A DNA stretch of 64,000 bases, from positions 1 through 64,000 of IMG/VR virus record IMGVR_UViG_3300037845_000036. One strand, given 5' to 3'. The translations under genes were made by a program, and so were the position numbers. Positions 47,301 to 56,193 of this stretch are shown in pieces. This stretch comes from a virus. The notes under the pieces are model-generated. The model saw only the letters and a list, made by a program, of their open reading frames with translations, was not told the DNA's origin and searched no databases. Position 1 is the first letter of the stretch, and every line of letters begins with the position of its first letter.

Positions 47301-49879
47301 GCACCGCCAAGCGATGATCCGCCACCTACAGTCCCGGAATTGCTAGAGCTACTGCCGCCATTGAACAACTTCCCCAACCCCTGTGCGCCGCTCAGCACAG
47401 AAAGCCCCTGAGTAAGTGGGTTTTGCTGTTGCGGCATCGAAGGTGTACTGGGCGCACTCAATGTCCGCGATGGCGCGCTGGTTGTCGGGATATATCCTTT
47501 AGAGAGATCTGGAATCGACAGCGTGACGGACGGCATCGAAGCCGATGTACCATTTTGCACCGCTCCGCCACCATCGTATTTGACGCGCCCACCCGCAGCC
47601 GCAAAGATCTTCGCGGCTAGCAAGCCAGCCTGAAGCAGACCGCCCAACGCGCCGCTGCCGCCCGATTGCGTTTGCGTCTGCGTCGTCACAGGCTGCATAA
47701 AGTTTTGATGTAACCCGCCGCCTAAAGATCCGGGTTGCGGAGGTGTGCCTAACCCGCTTGCTCCGGGAACAACCGAAACAGACAAATCAGGCGGCGGCGG
47801 GACTAATCCACCGCCTGCGTACCGATTCTTTGCGTTTGGTGCCGACCCATTTGGAGAATCCCCTAGAATTCTACCGCCAGCTTTAGCCGTATCTCCCATC
47901 CACGGGGTAACATCACTGCCCCCTCCGTAATCCCCGCCCTCACTCCCACCAAACAAACCCGACAGATACCCACTAGACCCAAACGCACCCGTCGCACCAA
48001 GAATACCAGCACCCGCTAATCCACCGCCTAGCAGTTCCGAGCCAAGATTTGGCCCTGGATACGTGGTTGATCCCGTACCGCCCGATGCGCCGCCCAACCC
48101 TTCAGCAATATTTGATAACCACCCCGTTGTCTGGAACGGATAGGCTTGCTGTTGGATAAACTGCTCATACGGGACATTCAATTCATTCTGCAACTGCGCC
48201 TGCTGAACGCTACCCGCATTCAACAGCGAACTCGCACCTGTTAATCCCGTGTTTAGCGCTTCATTACCAAGATTTGCTATGCCGTAACCCGCACCTTCAC
48301 CAAGCCACCCCGTCGCTTCCTGGGCACCAACACCCGCTTGCTGCTGAGTGTTGAACTCGCCCAACTCGCCCTGACCGATACCCATGCCAAGTTGCCCAGC
48401 GCCCAGCAAGCCAGACTCAGTAAGCTGCCCCGTCCCCAACTCCAACTGTCCGGCATTAGTGAGACCGGATTCTGTAAGCTGGCCGGCACCCAATCCTAAT
48501 TGACCCGTCCCCAACCCGAGTTGGCCCGCGCCCAATCCCAACTGCCCCGCACCAAGCATTCCTGATTCGGTGAGTTGCCCGGCACCTAATCCAAGCTGGC
48601 CAACACCGAGTCCCAATTGTCCCGCGCCAAGCCCCAACTGGCCGGCGCTCGCTTCCAATTGGCCAGCATTGGTCAGGCCAGACTCGGCGAGTTGACCCGC
48701 TCCCAACCCCAATTGGCCACTCGCAGCTAACCCGGCCTCCGTCAACTGGCCAGCGCCCAACTGCATCTGCTGTTCGGCGTTTAACTCTTGCTGTGCCTGC
48801 GAGAACCCCTGTTGTTGGATACCGGCGATGACAGGGGCCTCCGCCGTCTGTTGCTGCCCTGCCGTGAGAGCCTGCGCCACCGCTTCCCGATCACCACCAA
48901 AAGCACCTGCCGCAGCGGCGTTGCCTTGGATCTGCGCCTGTTGAATGGCGTTCTGTTGATTGAATTGTTGTTCTGTTGTCGCCGTTACATCTTGCTGATA
49001 CGGATTAAAATATGTCGGCAACGCACTGTAATCGGTTGCCTTAGCCGTGTACGGCGATATTGCTCCCGGAATGCTCGCCCCAGTCGCGGCAGCTTGGGTT
49101 GCGTAAGGGTTGACGGTTCCCGGCAACTGGCCCGCGATTCCCGAAATCGAATTAGCCGCTCCTTCCGCACTCGCCTCACCCGTCGCTGCCGCCCCAGCAC
49201 CCCCAGAACCAGTCGCAAAATTTGTATAATAATTAAGCGCCGAAGGAACCTGCCCCGCCAAATTTTCGGCCGTAGTAGCCCCAGTTGATGCCGTCCCTGC
49301 ACCACTCGGTCCCATAGCCAGTCCGGTATAGGGACTAAGCGCACCCGGCATGCTTCCAGCCAAACCAAGCGTCGTTGGCGACGAACCATATCCATATCCC
49401 GCAGGAGGAACGGCGGTATCGCCCTGACCAGAAATTATGGCATTAGGCGCGGGTGTTTGCGGTGTCTGCGGCGCATATGCATTATTGACACCTGTAATCC
49501 CACTCAACTCTGATGGAAGCATTCCGGCGAGGCTACCCGCATTGGTGTACTGCCCAAGCCCCATTCCCGGCAAATTATACGCCCCCGGAAATTCCATCGG
49601 CGTAATCGGATTCGATGCACTCTCCATCAAATTATTCGCAGCGCCGATGTACGGGTTCGAGACTCCTTGGAGTCCCGCAACCTCGCTTAGCGCTTGGTTC
49701 TGATACGGCTGTAACGGCGCTACAATATTCGGGGCGCCCGCGCCGCCAGTCGGATATTGATTAAGCGGAACACCCGCGACATTCTGCGCCTGTGCTAGAA
49801 CATTACTATAGGCGTCAAGAAATTGTTGCGGCGGTTGACTAGAGCTAGTCACCGTATTACTTCCACTCGACCCGCACAT
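44390..49879 (-). CDS. DNA-ejection protein with GLGAGQL repeats and a lysozyme-like domain
   Basis: YFNPYQQ.V...AAAGAFGG.R motif; RESHYDPNAWN...GLYQH muralytic-like segment. Confidence 0.8.
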   Translation of the reverse strand: MCGSSGSNTVTSSSQPPQQFLDAYSNVLAQAQNVAGVPLNQYPTGGAGAPNIVAPLQPYQNQALSEVAGLQGVSNPYIGAANNLMESASNPITPMEFPGAYNLPGMGLGQYTNAGSLAGMLPSELSGITGVNNAYAPQTPQTPAPNAIISGQGDTAVPPAGYGYGSSPTTLGLAGSMPGALSPYTGLAMGPSGAGTASTGATTAENLAGQVPSALNYYTNFATGSGGAGAAATGEASAEGAANSISGIAGQLPGTVNPYATQAAATGASIPGAISPYTAKATDYSALPTYFNPYQQDVTATTEQQFNQQNAIQQAQIQGNAAAAGAFGGDREAVAQALTAGQQQTAEAPVIAGIQQQGFSQAQQELNAEQQMQLGAGQLTEAGLAASGQLGLGAGQLAESGLTNAGQLEASAGQLGLGAGQLGLGVGQLGLGAGQLTESGMLGAGQLGLGAGQLGLGTGQLGLGAGQLTESGLTNAGQLELGTGQLTESGLLGAGQLGMGIGQGELGEFNTQQQAGVGAQEATGWLGEGAGYGIANLGNEALNTGLTGASSLLNAGSVQQAQLQNELNVPYEQFIQQQAYPFQTTGWLSNIAEGLGGASGGTGSTTYPGPNLGSELLGGGLAGAGILGATGAFGSSGYLSGLFGGSEGGDYGGGSDVTPWMGDTAKAGGRILGDSPNGSAPNAKNRYAGGGLVPPPPDLSVSVVPGASGLGTPPQPGSLGGGLHQNFMQPVTTQTQTQSGGSGALGGLLQAGLLAAKIFAAAGGRVKYDGGGAVQNGTSASMPSVTLSIPDLSKGYIPTTSAPSRTLSAPSTPSMPQQQNPLTQGLSVLSGAQGLGKLFNGGSSSSNSGTVGGGSSLGGAVAPSSSGLRPYDAGGGVAVAQAGAMASGAGAPLQQNLVAQYSQLPAEQLQELALRYPATTPQGVAIQRALQIRKMNPTVGTGAQGQATPTATAARGGRMGLERFDDGGSPGVDDPNNVGPPEIVRKTNQPSGGLDPGDLPITPVVAITNNGTDVAVPQSLPQTSALPPGVKINSKGMPYSTEPTGGVTPNTAGAGLPITPVDAMKANAADPNAGTHLPVVPSDQVFGSGLVAPPGAGVPATTSPVGGGMVSGGLGAPPPSAVKPLVSGKPPAISRDDVVNFWVNSGAPQHVAEGIADSVYRESHYDPNAWNPDDKGSPSGGLYQHHDTRLSGLQAFAAGQSGSWTDPNIQNQFALKEVTGGDPIATTHWKEILNAPDRASAQTLWDKYFERGVAVGPGGGGGGLGHPTGVQTTGLPSPPAAQGTTNAGTGDLSESIKNILAKIQSGDNNKTSNFYNSPWMPLIATGAGMLASRSPHMGVAVGEGLQTGLKTVEQQQAQIPEGQLKQAQADIARLNTALLPHQMQAAIDAAGGSAVPAAGGAPVAGAVKGTDTNPMPVAATGQGNGAATASAGATATSSLTGLPLPPTYGNSAPGSTKEIVDNQIQSIDAQIAQVRRAMVWEPTKLTENQATVARLIEARSGLLKMYPQVAGEIAGAEQKARSEYTYTPTRPGSVIFQGGKAIASVPTLTETTDAEGNKYRTYMAPPLPGNSGTPPQPQIQPQAQKLPSAAPTPAPAATNVSAASPTAPMLAEIGPGAREALVARAQTEQKDRQAVLAEAQSAQSQQATLQRLATDAPKFVQGPFAGVAQEASRYLRLIDPSYDGQVASFEDFVKNAGNLTRQATKEVSSRAAFQEMQFISSTLPSPEMSPKGLQQVVGEYEGLNDYKIAKARAQQQWEEGHGGVGHVEGFESNWQATAPVTPYTFVLRRMDPTERRSLFSQWQQTGDGQAVLQRLARENEYAKANGLYQ

Positions 49880-50040
49880 TACTTGTGCGCCCCAGTGTTT
49901 ATTTTGGTTAATATTATCGAATACTGCTCAGACATTACTTCGCGCTCCGGGGCGGTACCCGGAAGAACAACCCGCTGTTCAAGCCGTGGTAGAGTAAATA
50001 GACCCAGCGCGTGAGGGTCGAACGATTACATTAGCACAAA

Positions 50041-50517
50041 TCAGCGAATCAAGAAAATAGCACCGATCTGTTCTCCACGCCGCGCCCACCAGCGGCGCTT
50101 GGCCTCAAATCGCTTCCGCGATGTTACCGATGTAAAAAATGGGACTTCATGACCGGATTCCAAGGCGAACAATGCCTTGATGTACTGCACCCACGCCATC
50201 AGATCATCGGAGTAGCCTGTACCCTTGCGATATTCCAGTCGGACAAACAGCCAAAGCTCGTGCCAATAGAACTGTTTGGAATACCAAAATTTATTCATCA
50301 CAAGACCGACGCTGGCGGCTATCACGCCATTGGGCGCATCGATCACGCCATGCATGCCGCCGTTTTTCTGCGTTCCCAATCGAATATGGGCGCGTACCTC
50401 ATCTTCGTCATGCGCAAAACCTAACGAATTATCGCGCTCCAATCCCAACAAAAGATCGTAAAGCGCATCTTCATCAGCCTCGCCAGCAATGCGGACGTTG
50501 GCCGGCCTCTCGATCAT
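50041..50517 (-). CDS. GNAT-fold protein
   Basis: VR.A...D...ELWLFVR.EYRKG. Confidence 0.7.
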   Translation of the reverse strand: MIERPANVRIAGEADEDALYDLLLGLERDNSLGFAHDEDEVRAHIRLGTQKNGGMHGVIDAPNGVIAASVGLVMNKFWYSKQFYWHELWLFVRLEYRKGTGYSDDLMAWVQYIKALFALESGHEVPFFTSVTSRKRFEAKRRWWARRGEQIGAIFLIR

Positions 50518-51020
50518 GAAACTGCGGGCAGATGACGGAAAATAGCCCCTGCTGTCTTGAAATGGCGACTTACCAGCCTCGCCTTTGGCGCATCAATCTG
50601 TGGCGTCCATTCCTCTAGTAAAATTGGACGGCCGATCTCATCGGCAAATTGGCGGGCCGCGATCAAAAGACTACGTGCATGTCCTGTTAACCGCGCTTCC
50701 GGCAGCACGACGTTCCATACCGAGCGCAGATAGTGTGAACGCGACAGCATCGGGCGCTCTATCTTGATACCAAGACTCGCCTCAATACCGCTGTCTCCCC
50801 GAATGATTAGCGCAATCCCGCCGACACGGTGCGTGAAATCCTTCACCAGCGCGGCGATCAAATCCTCTTCAGCCCGCCCCTCATCTACCTCGTCCTTTAC
50901 CTCAAACAGAAACCGCAGCAGGTCGTCATAATCATTAATCGCCGCGAACCCCACGGGTGACAACGGGCGCGGTGGCTTGGTGGCGGGGCCTTTTCTGAGA
51001 AACCCGTGTTTACTACTCAT
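50514..51020 (-). CDS. GNAT-fold protein
   Basis: A...D.D.L...VLPEAR..GHARSLL..A..FA. Confidence 0.65.
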   Translation of the reverse strand: MSSKHGFLRKGPATKPPRPLSPVGFAAINDYDDLLRFLFEVKDEVDEGRAEEDLIAALVKDFTHRVGGIALIIRGDSGIEASLGIKIERPMLSRSHYLRSVWNVVLPEARLTGHARSLLIAARQFADEIGRPILLEEWTPQIDAPKARLVSRHFKTAGAIFRHLPAVS

Positions 51021-51832
51021 GTGTGACCCACCGATGAATTGGCAGAACCCACTGGGCCGCGTAGGCTCTTCAAATGCTTAATGACTCTGCCCCGCTGTTC
51101 TTTTACAAACCTGTCCAAAATCTCATGGCCCAGCTTCATCATTTTTTCGTGTGTAGTGGGATACGCGGCTACATCTTTGGGCGAAGAATAGTGTTGTCCG
51201 ATACGCAGAATATCTTCGGGCGGCACTATGATTTCGCCGTCAGCGCTCTGTATCGGCACTTCCTCTTTCTCCGCTACGCCACCAGCCGCCAAGGCCGGAG
51301 AAATAGGTGCGGCCTTTGTCCCTTCCATCATTCCCTGCATCAGTTCTGGGTCATGCGGCGGTGCGGGTGGTCCCCTATGCCCCGATGAATGGGGAGGCGA
51401 TATGCCATATGGCATGGTATTCAAAATCATGTCCCATGTCTTAGCGCCAGCTAGCGAGTTGCCATCACCTAACCCAGCCACAACATCGGCCGGCAAAACA
51501 TACGATCCAGAACCGACTGCGACATTGTTCTTATCGGTCCTTCCCCCTCCAAAACCAGCCGTAAACCCATAGGGGCTGATATCGCGTGCCTCGGCCCGCT
51601 CAAAAAACGGCACAGCAGGCACCGAACCACCGATATCACGCGCGATACGAATGGCACTGTTAATTCGACGATCGCCCATACCACCGTTAGCGTGAGGCAC
51701 ACGACGTTGTTCGGAATAGGCAATTGCCAATGCTTGTTTAATTGGTTTCTTGGCGGCAAGTTCCGTTTTTAGATTAGCCTTGAACGCCTCAAGAGAGTGA
51801 GAATGAGTCAGAGGCATTACACGATATCCCAC
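51017..51832 (-). CDS. Internal virion-associated protein
   Basis: KQALAIAYS, GGRTD...GSYVLPADVVAGLGDGNS.AG, ADGE..V.PE. Confidence 0.75.
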   Translation of the reverse strand: MGYRVMPLTHSHSLEAFKANLKTELAAKKPIKQALAIAYSEQRRVPHANGGMGDRRINSAIRIARDIGGSVPAVPFFERAEARDISPYGFTAGFGGGRTDKNNVAVGSGSYVLPADVVAGLGDGNSLAGAKTWDMILNTMPYGISPPHSSGHRGPPAPPHDPELMQGMMEGTKAAPISPALAAGGVAEKEEVPIQSADGEIIVPPEDILRIGQHYSSPKDVAAYPTTHEKMMKLGHEILDRFVKEQRGRVIKHLKSLRGPVGSANSSVGHT

Positions 51833-52494
51833 TCATCATCACTAACAAATATCTTAGACCCATTTACAAATTCTATGACACGTCCAGATAAACGGAATTC
51901 ACACGGAATTGTCCGTGTTACAGAACCTTCGGTATAGTACGCATCTTTATTGGGATCGCCACTTCCTTCCCTTTTCTTGAAAAGCGGCACTCCGATAGAA
52001 TCAATAAATACGGGGTTATCCATTTAGCGCCTCCCGCAACACGTCTGCATATTCCCGACTAATCACGCAGCGCTTTTGCACAACCATCGCGGCTGCCATT
52101 TCGGCCTCGGCATCAGCCTTTATCGCTGCATCACTCGCGATAGCTGAGCGCAAGTTCTCAACGGAACCATGGCGAATAATAAGATCGAGGCGCGGACCCG
52201 CCATCAACTCGTCCCCTTCGCCTCAACTGAAAGCCTGTCATCAATCGGAATCGCCGAACCAAACAGCGGGTGCTTAGCACACCAGTCCTTTTCGCCCACG
52301 GGTGCCCAGATCGATTGAATACGCACTGTCTGTCCCGTTATTGGGGCCGGCGGCGTTTGTACTAGGAAAGGGGTTGGTGGTCGCCCATGACAATACCCCA
52401 ATTTCGGGGTTTCCATGACGCAACAAGGGCAAGAAAAACACGAGATTCCGATCTCAGACATACAGACACTCCGAAGTGTGTACCAAGTTCTATA

Positions 52495-53253
52495 TCACGC
52501 GATAGCCCCAATCACAATCCTAGCCCACCCCGTTAGCGATTGAGTGAATGACGTAACAGCAGAAATATTGAACGCATAGACATTCCCGACAAGACTTGAC
52601 CCCGGAGGCCATGCCAACAGTTGCGTTACCACGCTCCCATTGATAGCGACAGCACTGCTACTGTAGGCTGTTGGCGACGCCGTGACCACGGCATCGGTCC
52701 CACTCAATATCGCTAAGAAGATCTCCGCCGAAATGATATTCTCTCCCGGTGCCAGTCCCGGCGCAAAATCAAAGCCGTAATTTAGTGATTCCCCCTGATT
52801 TGCAACTGGCAAATCCTGTCCAACATAGCCGCCTTCTAAAATTGGCAGCGTGTAAAACAATGGCGATGCGGGCAGCACAACGCTTTGTGCTCCGCTTGGT
52901 ACTACTCCACCCGTGTACGCGGTAACACCAAATCCAGGCGCGATACCAAACCGCGCCCATGGCATCATTAGCTGAGCGGCGCTTGTCGTTACTGAAAACG
53001 ACAACGCATAATCGTTGCCAATCAGGAAATTCGCGGGGTCATTAAACGATGTCAGTTGCGATACGACGGTACCTGAAAATTGCGGGGTTACAGAGAGATG
53101 AGAACCAGGGAAATTATCAGTTCCAGAAAGCGTCCGCAGCCGAGACGTTACGGCTTGAATGGTTTCGCTCACTCCCAATAACTGCGCCAGATCAAAACCT
53201 AATATCCGTGCGGCTTGATCTTGGAATGGCGGGAAATCGCGACCAACGTACAT
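52495..53253 (-). CDS. Tandem-domain tail adaptor-like protein
   Basis: YVG.D.P...GFD.A..L...E.I...W occurs twice. Confidence 0.7.
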   Translation of the reverse strand: MYVGRDFPPFQDQAARILGFDLAQLLGVSETIQAVTSRLRTLSGTDNFPGSHLSVTPQFSGTVVSQLTSFNDPANFLIGNDYALSFSVTTSAAQLMMPWARFGIAPGFGVTAYTGGVVPSGAQSVVLPASPLFYTLPILEGGYVGQDLPVANQGESLNYGFDFAPGLAPGENIISAEIFLAILSGTDAVVTASPTAYSSSAVAINGSVVTQLLAWPPGSSLVGNVYAFNISAVTSFTQSLTGWARIVIGAIA

Positions 53254-53497
53254 CAGGGCGTCGTATCATTGACAATAAGACCAGCGGCCGCTAGTGCGGC
53301 TAGCAAGCTAGTCAGCGCTGCTCCGCCCGTTCGCGACCCCGTAACCACCTGTGGTGTTGGCGATAATAGAGTCGCTATGTTATTCACAGACACAATCAAC
53401 CGCTGAATGTCGGTATCGATCTGCTGTAGTGGATTAATCCCGAGCGCCGTATTATTTGTGGACGCGAGGCTAACCCCAGTCACGTTATCCGACATTC

Positions 53498-55465
53498 TCA
53501 GCCGCCTTTGCCATCTGCCTGTGCTACATATTCAATACGACCAAGCCGCCATTGGCTCCCAAGATCGGTACTCTGAAACTCGAATTGCAAACCGCGCCCT
53601 CGCCCCCGACACGGGATTGAACGCGTGCGCGCATTTATCGGATATGGCCCTTTGATACGCGGTGCTTCTTGCGGGTTCCGATAGACATAGACCGACATCA
53701 GAACAGTTCCCGGTCCCGGCACTGGCCCGTTGCTGAATTTTACGTCAGGTCTGATCTGACTAAAAAACGCAAACTCATCACCCTCGGCTATAGCCACGAT
53801 CCCCGATAATAGGTTCGCCTTTAGCGGTACGGTATCCGCATCGTTCCCCGTTTCCTCCTGATACACCACACCAAGCGGAGTAGACCCCATCGGAGGACCA
53901 AATACATTCTGATCGATGGCCGCTGAGCGAATGCCGGGATCGCCCGATTGAAGAACGGTGTAGTCCCAAAGACCAGTATCAAGTTGCAATTTCGCCTTAG
54001 TAACCGCCCCACCCATCTGAGGGACATACCACACTACCTCGTTAAAATAGGCATTAGAAACGCAGTTCGTGTTTTGGATATTCGATGAGTCAACGTTTCT
54101 GAACACCTGATCCCAAATAGAGCATGGCAATATAGTCGGGACACCCCCAGCAGAGAAAACATAGAACTGTTCTTTGCTCATCCAAACGACGGTGCTCCCA
54201 ATGACGGCAAAAGCATGCGGCCCGATCAACCCACAATTCACAGCAATTGGCTGAAACCCCCAAATGTACGGGAGACCTTCATATTGCATGATGTAAAGGC
54301 AAATATCAGTCCAAATTACGCACCCACTGGCAACAGCGGCCCCTCCGACAATTTTATTGCCAAGCTGCAATCTAAAACTGCCCGCTTGGTTTGTCACCGT
54401 TGGCGTGAAATCCGTATAATCGCCGGCATCCGACCATCGTAAAAGTAGCGGATCAAAAAGTCCCGTCGCTGAGTTTACGGAGCCACCAACGATCAGGATT
54501 TGCTGCTGAGATGCCACAAAACCGATGTTATTTGCTAAAGGCGCGGTGGGAACTGCTGCTGCAGGCGTATTTACGCCAGTACTCGGCTGCCAAATATAAA
54601 TCGGATATCCGGCGGGGATAATGACGAGAAATTCACCCCAATTGTCTAATGATATGGATTGCGCCTCAAGACTGCTTTGCGCGCCCCCGCTAGTAGGGTC
54701 CATAAAGATGATGTTTATATTCCCACTGTTCTGAAATACGTTTTGCGTTGATATTGCTGCCGCACCCGCATTTATTGTATATACGTTACTGCTGACAACG
54801 CTCTCTACGGCGTAATTATCCTCTAGCCGCAATCCTCCCACCGTTATGGGATCAGTTATTTGTACCGTCTGCCCCGTGAAAAATCCGTGGTTGGGCAGCG
54901 TGATCGTTACTATTTCGCTCCCAACTTGAGTCGCAAACTGCTGTACCGCACCGCCGCCCGTTACCGATATAGACGCCTTCTGCGCCGTCGTTATGCTGTA
55001 ATTACCAAAACTCGTGGCGACAACAGAATATGAGCCATAAAGTACAATCCCGCCGACTGAAACTGGCTCGCGGATACGGAGCCATTGTCCCACGCTTGGC
55101 GTGTTGATGGGATCATTGATAACAACAATCGCGCTTCCCGCAACCGTATTCAGATTGACTGAAACCAGCGCTGAGATGGTTAGGGGCGTGATGTCATAAA
55201 CGTTATCTGAACTAAATAGCGATATCTTATGGCGCCCACCGATCGCGAGATAACAAATTTGTGATAGAGCCGCCCACGCCCGCAGCGCCGTCACACGTAT
55301 CCCCGACCCAGCAACAGCCTGCGTAAAATAACGAAAACCACCCGCCTTCTGCATCAACCCCTGGAAACAACGCATATTACCCGATTGCGTCCAGCCGCCA
55401 GAATTCAGCGCGGGCGTCTGTTCAGCATTTATACCTGGGGTTAGGGTGATTGGGACTGTGGGCAT
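53498..55465 (-). CDS. Tail nozzle/stabilisation protein
   Basis: DNWGE.L, DPLL.RWSD..D...TNQAG..RL, WTD...Y.MQY, FNEV.W, WRLG. Confidence 0.85.
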   Translation of the reverse strand: MPTVPITLTPGINAEQTPALNSGGWTQSGNMRCFQGLMQKAGGFRYFTQAVAGSGIRVTALRAWAALSQICYLAIGGRHKISLFSSDNVYDITPLTISALVSVNLNTVAGSAIVVINDPINTPSVGQWLRIREPVSVGGIVLYGSYSVVATSFGNYSITTAQKASISVTGGGAVQQFATQVGSEIVTITLPNHGFFTGQTVQITDPITVGGLRLEDNYAVESVVSSNVYTINAGAAAISTQNVFQNSGNINIIFMDPTSGGAQSSLEAQSISLDNWGEFLVIIPAGYPIYIWQPSTGVNTPAAAVPTAPLANNIGFVASQQQILIVGGSVNSATGLFDPLLLRWSDAGDYTDFTPTVTNQAGSFRLQLGNKIVGGAAVASGCVIWTDICLYIMQYEGLPYIWGFQPIAVNCGLIGPHAFAVIGSTVVWMSKEQFYVFSAGGVPTILPCSIWDQVFRNVDSSNIQNTNCVSNAYFNEVVWYVPQMGGAVTKAKLQLDTGLWDYTVLQSGDPGIRSAAIDQNVFGPPMGSTPLGVVYQEETGNDADTVPLKANLLSGIVAIAEGDEFAFFSQIRPDVKFSNGPVPGPGTVLMSVYVYRNPQEAPRIKGPYPINARTRSIPCRGRGRGLQFEFQSTDLGSQWRLGRIEYVAQADGKGG

Positions 55466-55470
55466 TACAA

Positions 55471-56181
55471 CTACGATTGGGGCGGCGTAACAATTGGATT
55501 TGGTAGGCGGCTACCCCACCCCGCGCTCGCTACACGTTTCCGCGCTTCTTCAGTAAGGCTCGGGACCATCAACCGTGCATACTCCGCCTCCCATCCCAGC
55601 GCCGTTGCGGGGTCGTTCCCCTGAGTTGACCAATTCTTCTGCCACGCGCCACCCAGCCAACACATCTCGGCCGCGATAAACAGATCCGGTAATTGATTGG
55701 ATATAAATGTCCCCGTCGTGTTTTGCGGACCCAGCGTCGCGGGGCGCTGCGTGCCAAAGCACGACATCCCGTACCCTTGATCTGGCGCGGGCGCCACCAA
55801 TACGGTTGCCTGATCAAGCGGTGCCCAATACGCGGGTACACTCGGCTGCGACGGGGCAGTTTCACTTGGGAATAGATTATCAAGCGTCTCACGGCTCGCG
55901 GGCAGTAGCGGTGTCCCGAATACTCCGCTCACAATCGGTCGCAGCACTTCTAAGACAATGAATGTCCCCACGTCAGTCGGCAATATAAAGGTGCGGCTAT
56001 TTTGGGTTAATTTGCCCGTATCATCCGTTACGCGAGTTGACAGCAGATCGAGATCGCGCAAGATACGATCTTCTGCAGCCAAAATTGCGGACGGCAGAAT
56101 ATCATTGAAGTCTGGGTCTTGCTCATACGCCGAATCTCCACACAATTGGGCCAGGGCTTTTAGGTTCTCGGCGTAATTCAC
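55471..56181 (-). CDS. Head-tail adaptor/tail tubular protein A-like
   Basis: I..AE.RI.RDL...P.Y...AP.PD..Y...T.IS...PDL. Confidence 0.8.
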   Translation of the reverse strand: MNYAENLKALAQLCGDSAYEQDPDFNDILPSAILAAEDRILRDLDLLSTRVTDDTGKLTQNSRTFILPTDVGTFIVLEVLRPIVSGVFGTPLLPASRETLDNLFPSETAPSQPSVPAYWAPLDQATVLVAPAPDQGYGMSCFGTQRPATLGPQNTTGTFISNQLPDLFIAAEMCWLGGAWQKNWSTQGNDPATALGWEAEYARLMVPSLTEEARKRVASAGWGSRLPNPIVTPPQS

Positions 56182-56193
56182 TGATGACCCCCA

